NCBI GenBank assembly: GCA_964574145.1
Contig: CAZNKJ010000002.1
Span: 2,075 to 66,074 of the forward strand
Direction: 5' to 3'
DNA: 64,000 bases
Origin: an uncultured Candidatus Saccharibacteria bacterium
GTDB lineage: Bacteria > Patescibacteriota > Minisyncoccia > Phycocordibacterales > CAZNKJ01
Part shown: positions 56,785 to 64,000 of the stretch, in pieces
Layout: every line of letters begins with the position of its first letter
Numbering within the stretch: position 1 is the first letter of the stretch
Translations under genes and position numbers: made by a program
Notes under the pieces: generated by a model
What the model was told of the DNA's origin: nothing
The model's input: only the letters and a program-made list of their open reading frames with translations
Database searches by the model: none

Positions 56785-57816
56785 TTATCTCAGATAAAGA
56801 AATTTTTTACCCCTGTGCTCTTTGAAAGTAACGCTATAGTGCACATTCCCTTTCTTATCTGCAAGAAAATACAAATAATCTGTTTTTGTTGGAAAGATTG
56901 CAGCTTCTATGGAATCCAAGCTAGGACTTCCGATCGGCCCAGGAGGTAATCCTGTATATTTGTATGTATTATATAGCGAGTCAATGTCCAAATCTTTTTG
57001 TGTTAATTCAAACGTATTTTTACCGTTTATATAATCAAAAGTAACATCAACCTGCAAAGGCATCCCTATTTTTATTCGTTCCCACAATATACCAGAAATA
57101 ATACGACGAGACTTTGAAGTGTACGCTTCTTTCTCAATGAGAGATGCCATTGTGATTATATCCTTAAGTGAACGCCCTGAATTTTCTATATCTTTTTGAT
57201 ATATTTTTATTTTTTTATAAAAAGTTTTTTCTAAAGAATCCGCTATTTTTTTTTCGGAAATATTGGGTAAAAAATAATAAGTATCTGGAAAAAGATACCC
57301 TTCTTTGTTTTTAGTCAAATTTAAAAATTTTTCAGAATTAAAATTTCTAAATCGCTTAGCTAGTTTAGTGGCCATATCAACTCGAGAAACTCCTTCCTGA
57401 AGCCTTACTTTAAGTGGCTTTAATCCGAAATCACCTACCGTGACCATATAAGCTATCTTAGGAATACCATATGGATGGCTAAAAAAATAATCTCCTGCAG
57501 AAAAAGAACGCTCACCTCCCATAATTCTTACCAAAACAGAAAACCAAAAACTAGAGCGGATTACATTTTTTTGTTTAAAAGAATCGGCTGTTTCTTGAAG
57601 AGAAGCTCCTTTAGGTATGGATATTATTTGTTCATCTGGGAAAGACAAAGGTGGTATAAAAAATACTAAAAAAATATACAGAAAAAAAGCAGATATTGCT
57701 GTTACAACATAAATATGATTTGTACGTTTTTTATTTTTATATAATAGTAAAAATATCCTACTAAAATAGTTAAAATATTTTTTATATATGCGAATGGCTT
57801 TCTGCAAAAAATTCAT
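56785..57816 (-). CDS. mltG: endolytic murein transglycosylase MltG (YceG family)
   Basis: N-terminal TM, YceG domain. Confidence 0.8.
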   Translation of the reverse strand: MNFLQKAIRIYKKYFNYFSRIFLLLYKNKKRTNHIYVVTAISAFFLYIFLVFFIPPLSFPDEQIISIPKGASLQETADSFKQKNVIRSSFWFSVLVRIMGGERSFSAGDYFFSHPYGIPKIAYMVTVGDFGLKPLKVRLQEGVSRVDMATKLAKRFRNFNSEKFLNLTKNKEGYLFPDTYYFLPNISEKKIADSLEKTFYKKIKIYQKDIENSGRSLKDIITMASLIEKEAYTSKSRRIISGILWERIKIGMPLQVDVTFDYINGKNTFELTQKDLDIDSLYNTYKYTGLPPGPIGSPSLDSIEAAIFPTKTDYLYFLADKKGNVHYSVTFKEHRGKKFLYLR

Positions 57817-57821
57817 ATGAC

Positions 57822-59105
57822 TCAGAGTGGTATGTCCGGGGGAGCTATTTTCTGCCGAGAAGTAATTCTAGGAATTGTCGGCGTTTGTACAACTTGTCCA
57901 GGTAAATGAAATACTGTGGCTAGCTCCTCGGAACTCAAGACAAAATAGTCACGCTCATACGGAGGTGAGAGATAGGAGCGTAAACGGTATCCTTCATAAA
58001 GTTCATGTTTTGCAGCTTTAGCACGCCAACCAAACGGATCCTCCCAAGGATATTTAAACATTGTGGGAAATTTTGGTTTAAAGTTATTAAGTGAATGAGA
58101 CTGAAATGTTCGCATGATAGTAGGAAACCCATTACGTTTTCTGCCATCAAAATGTTCCTTATCAGCCATATAGATCATGCGAATGCCAGTATCAAAAGGT
58201 TTTTTACTAGTATTTCGTTCAAGAGCCTCAATTGTTTTTTGTTCACTTTCCGTAAACATACGGAAAGAAGATCCTTCGCCTCCCTGAGCTTTACTTATAA
58301 TATTCTCAACTTCCCTTTTTGCTTCATCCTGCCAATCTTCAGTTTGAAACCAAGTACCATGTTTATGTTTTTCCGCCTGATGAGCTCTAATAATAATTTG
58401 AAAAAAACCATATTCTCCTTTTCCAAAAGATCCAAAAAATTCAATGATAGCCGCCATAGGATCTACTTTGTATTCTTCGTCTGTCTCTTTATCCAACCCC
58501 CAATCCACATAGGTTTTTATTGGATATGGATCAGGTTTTGCCAAAACCTGATACAACCCAAACAACTCTTGTTTATCAGGATTGTAAGGAAGACGAGTAA
58601 TATAATCAGGTACTTCCTGAATTTCAATTGTTGGATATTGACTATAAAACTGTGATTCTACAACAGGTTTTATTTTTGAAGGAATGCGAATATAAAAATG
58701 AATCTCTCCCTCTAAAGAAACTATTTCTAGTGAAGATTGCTCGCGTAATTTTCCTTCTACATACTTTTCATAACTATGTTTAGGAGTACCTGTGTGGAAA
58801 AAAGCATTCAAAGCTGTTTCCATCGCAAGAGGAGACTGAGTTATCTCCTCTGGTAATTTTATCTCCAGAAGAATATTTTCAATTTGCATGAAAGCCTTCG
58901 TCCGCACATAGTGCATCCATAAATGTCCGAAAATAAAAATAAAAATAACAGTGAGCCATAATGGTGCGTAAGGTGTTAAAGTCTTATATACATCAGATGC
59001 AACCATAATGGGAAAGAAAAAATAAGCCCCAATGGCTATGGTAATCAAAAGTAATCCAACTGAAACTTCAGAACCAGTTAATGTTTTTAGTATTTTATCA
59101 AACAT
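57822..59105 (-). CDS. membrane protein of unknown function (two N-terminal TM, about 340-aa soluble domain)
   Basis: No family recognised. Confidence 0.45.
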   Translation of the reverse strand: MFDKILKTLTGSEVSVGLLLITIAIGAYFFFPIMVASDVYKTLTPYAPLWLTVIFIFIFGHLWMHYVRTKAFMQIENILLEIKLPEEITQSPLAMETALNAFFHTGTPKHSYEKYVEGKLREQSSLEIVSLEGEIHFYIRIPSKIKPVVESQFYSQYPTIEIQEVPDYITRLPYNPDKQELFGLYQVLAKPDPYPIKTYVDWGLDKETDEEYKVDPMAAIIEFFGSFGKGEYGFFQIIIRAHQAEKHKHGTWFQTEDWQDEAKREVENIISKAQGGEGSSFRMFTESEQKTIEALERNTSKKPFDTGIRMIYMADKEHFDGRKRNGFPTIMRTFQSHSLNNFKPKFPTMFKYPWEDPFGWRAKAAKHELYEGYRLRSYLSPPYERDYFVLSSEELATVFHLPGQVVQTPTIPRITSRQKIAPPDIPL

Positions 59106-59194
59106 AAGATTTTATACATCGCTTTATAATAATACACAAAATAAAGCGCTTGCGCGCTTGTATTTATTCACAAAACCAATTGAATTGTTTATAT

Positions 59195-60238
59195 TTACTT
59201 AGAAATGCTGTAAATACCTTTTTGATCTCGTTTAAAATAAGCAGAGTCTTGAAGATTTACCAAAATAGTATTGTCTTTCACGTATCTTTCTTTTTTTACC
59301 AAGTCTATAATTTCCTGCCTAGAAAGAGGTCCGTGTTTTTCTAAGACATCTGAAATTACATCTTTGACTACTCCACGAGAGTATCCCCATTCTGAAAGAG
59401 CATACAACCCTCGTCCAACCAATACAAAACGTTTATCTTTAATTAGCTCATTATGACATGTTGCAACATGAGCTCGTTTTTTGAAAAGCTCGGTAATAGT
59501 TTCCGCAACTTCAGTAAAGTGCATAGGAGACCCATGGTGTTTAATTACAAGATAAGCATAGTCTCGCATCCCCTTTACACGAACGTTTGCAGAAGTCGCC
59601 ACTCCCCATTCTCCTAGAGGATTTTTTCCCAATTGTTTTGAAAGAGAAAGCCATCGACGTGCAATTTCTTCATTTTTATACACTTCATTAAGTTCAGAAA
59701 CTTCTTTCAAAAATCTTTGTATAAGCTCTGACTCCGGTATCAGATCATCATCTGAAAGAGAAGCGTATAAATTCTGTAGAGCAGAATGTACAGTATCTGC
59801 TATTTTTTTATCTACATACCATCGGTGATGAAATTCTGCATTTTCTTTTTCGCGCACAAACATTTCTCCTAAAACAAGAAGAAAATTAATATGACTACGA
59901 ACATCGAGATCTTTGCCGAAAATTTCCAAGAGATCGTTCTCAGTAACTATGCCTCCTATTTTAGCAACAGCCTCTTCAAGCTCTTCAAAAACAAACTGCT
60001 CTTCCTTGAAAGTGTCCGATTTTCGTATATTCGCCAATCCGTAATTTTCAATCTGACGAACTCTCTCTCGAGTTATCCCATAGATATTTCCAATAGCCTC
60101 TAAAGTCTTAGTTTTTCCTCCTTTTTCAAGCCCATACCGACTAATCAAAATTTCACGCGCTCGATCTGATAGTACGGATAGTAGGCGTTTTGTTACTTGT
60201 TTTGGTTTAAAACTTAATGTTGTCATAGACTTTTGCAT
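59195..60238 (-). CDS. sigma-70 region-4 (HTH) domain protein with about 270-aa C-terminal extension
   Basis: LSDRAREILISRYGL ... KTLEAIGNIYGITRERVRQIENYGLANIRK aligns with sigma region 4.2; no regions 2 or 3. Confidence 0.6.
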   Translation of the reverse strand: MQKSMTTLSFKPKQVTKRLLSVLSDRAREILISRYGLEKGGKTKTLEAIGNIYGITRERVRQIENYGLANIRKSDTFKEEQFVFEELEEAVAKIGGIVTENDLLEIFGKDLDVRSHINFLLVLGEMFVREKENAEFHHRWYVDKKIADTVHSALQNLYASLSDDDLIPESELIQRFLKEVSELNEVYKNEEIARRWLSLSKQLGKNPLGEWGVATSANVRVKGMRDYAYLVIKHHGSPMHFTEVAETITELFKKRAHVATCHNELIKDKRFVLVGRGLYALSEWGYSRGVVKDVISDVLEKHGPLSRQEIIDLVKKERYVKDNTILVNLQDSAYFKRDQKGIYSISK

Positions 60239-60296
60239 TCTATTGATATATGTAGTTTAATTTTTATCATTATTATCGTCTTGAGTCAAGCTCTTT

Positions 60297-62717
60297 TTAA
60301 ATTGACTGCGTAACAAAGTTAATTAATCTATCTGGAACGTAAATTATTTTCAAAATATTCAAACCCCCTATCCATTTTTTTACATGTGGAACGTTTTGTG
60401 CAACATTCTCAATATCCTCTTTTTTACCTCCACGACTCATTTCTATCTCTCCACGAACCTTGCCATTTACTTGTATAACGATAGTCACAATGTCTTCTAT
60501 AGTAAGAGCTTCTTCGTACGCAGACCAAGTCTCAGTGTGTATAGATTTTCTCTCTCCGACCTTCTCCCAAAGCTCATCTGCTAAGTGAGGTGCAAAAGGA
60601 GCAAGTAATTTAAGAAAAGTCTTATACGTTTCAATACTAATTTTTGTCTTTTCTGCCATATTAATAAAAACCATCATTGAACTAATAGCAGTATTAAATT
60701 TGTACTGCTCTATATCTCCACTTACTTTCTTAATAGTTTTATGAAGTTGTTTAACTATCTCTATTGATTCAACATCAGATACACATGAAGAAAGTATGTA
60801 TACGTGTTCTAGAAATCGCCTGATTCCCGCTATACCACCCATATTCCACGGATAATTAGCTTCTTCTCCATATGGTCCCATAAAAGCCAAGTACATTTTT
60901 ACTGTATCGGCCCCTATGCGTTCGACTTGTTCGTCAGGATCAATAACATTACCTTTTGATTTACTCATTTTGTTTCCATCAGGTCCAAGCACTAACCCTC
61001 TATTGATACGTTTCTTATAAGGTTCATTCTCCGTCACCAAACCTAGATCCAATAATGCTTTACACCAAAACCGTGAGTACAAAAGATGCATAGTAGTATG
61101 TTCCGCTCCTCCAAAATAAATGTCTACAGGCATCCATTTTTTCTGAGACTCTATTGATGAAAATTCTCTATTATTTTTATTATCAAAATAACGCAAAAAA
61201 TACCAAGAGGAGTCAACAAAAGTGTCCATAGTTTCAACTTCTGGTTTCCAACCTTTCCCAAAAGTTTTTTCAGTGCGCTGCACAAGCTCTTTACTTTTAG
61301 CAAGAGGTGGTTCGCCTGTTGGTTTGAAATCAACATCATTTGGTAGTGTCCAGGGTAAAAGTTCCTTAGGAATAGAGTGAGCTTTTCCATCAGGGTCATA
61401 CACAATAGGTATAGGCACCCCCCAATATCTTTGACGTCCCACAGACCAGTCACGTAGACGATAATTACTTGTGATCTCACCACCAACAAATTCAGTGATT
61501 GCTTTCTTTGCCTCTTCACTATTCATTCCGTCAAATTTGCCGGAATTAACTAACTCGCCATTTCCTGTATAGACATTTCTATCATTATCTACGCTTGAAG
61601 ACAAAGTCTGGAAACTTAAACGTTTGATCACATTTTTTACTGGCAAATTAAACTTCTCCGCAAATTCAAAATCACGCTCGTCGTGTGCAGGGACTGCCAT
61701 TATTGCTCCCGTACCATATTCTGCTAATACATAATCAGCAATAAATATTGGAATCTCTTCTTTATTAACTGGATTAATTGCTTTTATACCCTCAAGCTTA
61801 ACTCCTGATTTTTCTCTACCTTCGGCTTTTCTTTCTATCTCAGACCGTTTACTTGTGTTTCTCACATATTTAACTACTTCGTCCCAATTCTCTATTTGTT
61901 CTTTCAGCTCACTAACAAGTTTGTGTTCTGGCGCCAGAACACAATACGTAGCCCCAAATAGAGTATCTGGCCGTGTTGTAAAAACTGTAAAATTTTTATC
62001 AAGATTTTTTATTTTAAAATCAATCCTAGCACCTCTTGAACGACCTATCCAATTTTTTTGAGACCGCTTAATATTTTCTGGCCAATCTAAGGTGTCAAGA
62101 TCATCAATCAGTCTGTCTGCATATTTTGTAATACGCATTTTCCACTCGTCCATTTGTTTTTTTTCAACAGTATTACCACAACGTTCGCAAGTGTCATCAG
62201 GAAGAAGTTGCTCATTTGCGAGAACAGTATTGCAGCTGGGACACCAGTTCACTATTCCCTTACCACGATAAGCTATATCTTTTTCAAAAAATTGAGTGAA
62301 CATCCACTGTGTCCATTTGTAATATTCAGGGTCTGTTGAACTAGTAGTTTTGTCCCAAGAAAAAGCATTGCCCATACTTCTAAGTTGTTTCTTCATGTAC
62401 TCAACATTTTTTTCTGTCCACTCTTTAGGATCTAAACTCCTCTTAATAGCAGCATTTTCAGCAGGTAACCCAAAAGCATCAAAACCCATTGGAAATAAAA
62501 CCTGTTTCCCTTGCATTCTGTGCGCACGAACATATATATCAACAACAGCAAAAGCAAACCAATGCCCTATATGAAGGTTTCCAGAAGGATACGGCCACTC
62601 TACGAGGACGTATTCTTTTTCTTTAGATTCGTCTCTATCTCCTACATTATAAATTCCACTTTCTTCCCATTTCTCTTGCCACTTTTTTTCTATTTTTTTA
62701 TGATCGTAAAATTCCAT
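60297..62717 (-). CDS. leuS: leucine--tRNA ligase
   Basis: PYPSGNLHIGH (HIGH), KMSKSKGN, CP1 editing domain. Confidence 0.95.
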   Translation of the reverse strand: MEFYDHKKIEKKWQEKWEESGIYNVGDRDESKEKEYVLVEWPYPSGNLHIGHWFAFAVVDIYVRAHRMQGKQVLFPMGFDAFGLPAENAAIKRSLDPKEWTEKNVEYMKKQLRSMGNAFSWDKTTSSTDPEYYKWTQWMFTQFFEKDIAYRGKGIVNWCPSCNTVLANEQLLPDDTCERCGNTVEKKQMDEWKMRITKYADRLIDDLDTLDWPENIKRSQKNWIGRSRGARIDFKIKNLDKNFTVFTTRPDTLFGATYCVLAPEHKLVSELKEQIENWDEVVKYVRNTSKRSEIERKAEGREKSGVKLEGIKAINPVNKEEIPIFIADYVLAEYGTGAIMAVPAHDERDFEFAEKFNLPVKNVIKRLSFQTLSSSVDNDRNVYTGNGELVNSGKFDGMNSEEAKKAITEFVGGEITSNYRLRDWSVGRQRYWGVPIPIVYDPDGKAHSIPKELLPWTLPNDVDFKPTGEPPLAKSKELVQRTEKTFGKGWKPEVETMDTFVDSSWYFLRYFDNKNNREFSSIESQKKWMPVDIYFGGAEHTTMHLLYSRFWCKALLDLGLVTENEPYKKRINRGLVLGPDGNKMSKSKGNVIDPDEQVERIGADTVKMYLAFMGPYGEEANYPWNMGGIAGIRRFLEHVYILSSCVSDVESIEIVKQLHKTIKKVSGDIEQYKFNTAISSMMVFINMAEKTKISIETYKTFLKLLAPFAPHLADELWEKVGERKSIHTETWSAYEEALTIEDIVTIVIQVNGKVRGEIEMSRGGKKEDIENVAQNVPHVKKWIGGLNILKIIYVPDRLINFVTQSI

Positions 62718-62723
62718 TATTAC

Positions 62724-63668
62724 TTACTGTTTAGGTAGCGAGGGATAAAGATCAGGGTCTATTTTTCTTTCAAAACATTGATACCCTTTTTTATGTTGCC
62801 AGTTATTTTGTTTTGAACCAAAATAAATACTGGACGGTTCAGAACGCTGCGGATCCCATTCTTTCTTGCTTTCAAGATTAAATGTGGCACAAAGTTCAAA
62901 TGTTAGAATTTCTAAAGTCTTGTAAGAATATTCTTCATCGTTCTGTTTGTCTCTCGGAATACGAAATCCTAAAATAGAATCATTTAAATTAGAAAGATTT
63001 TGTGGTAGTTTTTTCTTCTGCTGCCAATACTGCACTATCTGCCACTGTATATTACTAAGATCATTTATCTTCGCTTGATCAAACCGCAAAAGTCGTTGTG
63101 ATTGAGGAGATCCTATAATAAAAAATCCGGAAAATACTGAAACTAATACAATACTTGAAATCACCCATCCAATGTTTTTGGATAGCTTTTCATTTTTCCA
63201 CCATTTCCCCTTGATATCATAAAAATAATATGCAAAAGCTCCTCCTATAACAATAAGTACAGTTGCGGACTTAAAAACAAATCTCGCAGTTATATCTCCA
63301 TTAAGAAATATATTTATAAGAGCAATAAAATCTATTACTAAAGTAAGCCCAGCAACAAACAAAGTTAAAAAAATTAACCATCTATGGATACCAGATTCGC
63401 GTTTTTCAGGATTTTTGCGAAAATCTTGATTCAAGATACGAGTAAGAAAAATAAAGATTGGAAAGACAACAATAAGCGAAGCTATTGAAAACCTCATTGC
63501 CCCTGAATAAGAACCCGTATAACGAATAAATTCATCTGGGAAAAATATATTTATATACTCGAATAAGAGAATGAGTAAAGTCACAACGCTAACATACATT
63601 GATACAAAAACAGCTAATTGTAGAAAAAAATCTTTAGGTGAAAATCGTACAGACATATTTTTTAGCAT
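62724..63668 (-). CDS. polytopic membrane protein of unknown function
   Basis: About 6 TM helices in the N-terminal two thirds, hydrophilic C-terminus. Confidence 0.45.
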   Translation of the reverse strand: MLKNMSVRFSPKDFFLQLAVFVSMYVSVVTLLILLFEYINIFFPDEFIRYTGSYSGAMRFSIASLIVVFPIFIFLTRILNQDFRKNPEKRESGIHRWLIFLTLFVAGLTLVIDFIALINIFLNGDITARFVFKSATVLIVIGGAFAYYFYDIKGKWWKNEKLSKNIGWVISSIVLVSVFSGFFIIGSPQSQRLLRFDQAKINDLSNIQWQIVQYWQQKKKLPQNLSNLNDSILGFRIPRDKQNDEEYSYKTLEILTFELCATFNLESKKEWDPQRSEPSSIYFGSKQNNWQHKKGYQCFERKIDPDLYPSLPKQ

Positions 63669-63839
63669 TTATTTTAAAATTATTAACTACTTAAATAACA
63701 AGATACCATGCAAATAAGAGTGTGTATATAAATCTAAATTTTATCTCTCAGATAAACATAAGTTCAAAAATCATTAAATTAATTTAGTTTTGTTTTAGTA
63801 CTTGAGGACTTTTAGGTGAGAAAATATCTTATTGTCTTT

Positions 63840-64000
63840 CTATATCCTGAATTCTATAACGTCACCATCTTTTACTATATATTCTTTTCCTTCTGTTCTA
63901 GCCCAACCTCTTTCTCGCGCCTGCCCGTATGAGCCAGCCTCCATTAGTTTATTATAACCAATCACTTCTGCTCGTATAAACTTATCTTGAAAATCTGAGT
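63840..64000 (-). CDS. ychF: ribosome-binding ATPase YchF, 3'-terminal TGS-domain fragment truncated by the window edge
   Basis: Minus-strand translation ...FIRAEVIGYNKLMEAGSYGQARERGWARTEGKEYIVKDGDVIEFRI* matches the YchF C-terminus. Confidence 0.7.
   Translation of the reverse strand, partial: SDFQDKFIRAEVIGYNKLMEAGSYGQARERGWARTEGKEYIVKDGDVIEFRI

Noticed and set aside
1-64000. Alternative genetic code (UGA recoding) as in some candidate phyla
   Set aside because: All conserved proteins (DnaK, LeuRS, RpoA, MraY and others) are full length under the standard code, with no truncations at UGA. There is no evidence for recoding in this window.
1-64000. tRNA, rRNA and CRISPR scan
   Set aside because: No T-loop and acceptor pairs, no rRNA-like conserved blocks and no spacer-repeat arrays were seen by eye. 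None are reported, but tRNAscan-SE and Rfam should be run to confirm.

Overview
Low-GC (about 33-38% overall), gene-dense window that is almost entirely housekeeping and reads like a reduced bacterial genome, plausibly Candidate Phyla Radiation / Patescibacteria (inference from compact proteins, a truncated AlaRS, a short AspRS, many small membrane proteins of unknown function and broken ribosomal operon order). From about 20 kb to the end nearly every gene is on the minus strand. Confident calls: truB, a P-type ATPase, rmuC, rplU, recR, dnaB, cysS, corA, ctpA, rplI, rpmA, gltX, murG, ftsW, mraY, a D-Ala-D-Ala carboxypeptidase, scpB, scpA, pepA, aspS, trpS, a sensor histidine kinase, dnaJ, dnaK, grpE, rpsI, rplM, rplQ, rpoA, rpsD, rpsK, rpsM, rpmJ (found by hand, absent from the ORF track), infA, alaS, pepF, mnmA, mltG, leuS, and a 3' fragment of ychF at the window edge. 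Regions worth a second look: (i) a GC-rich, hairpin-punctuated cassette-like mini-island at 1-1300; (ii) a 60% GC glycine-zipper lipoprotein, an alkyltransferase-like (ATL) protein and a PIF1 helicase with a C-terminal HTH at 28.6-31.3 kb; (iii) a tightly packed Cas4-like nuclease / Ogt / UDG4 / (p)ppGpp-hydrolase module preceded by MgtC and an ATP-cone-Mrr nuclease at 51.3-55.6 kb; (iv) an orphan EncFtn-like gene; (v) a roughly 790-bp ORF-free gap with a GC-rich patch (possible ncRNA) plus a small-peptide / hairpin / consensus-promoter / SLT-lysozyme arrangement at 18.5-20.1 kb. No rRNA, tRNA or CRISPR array was found.
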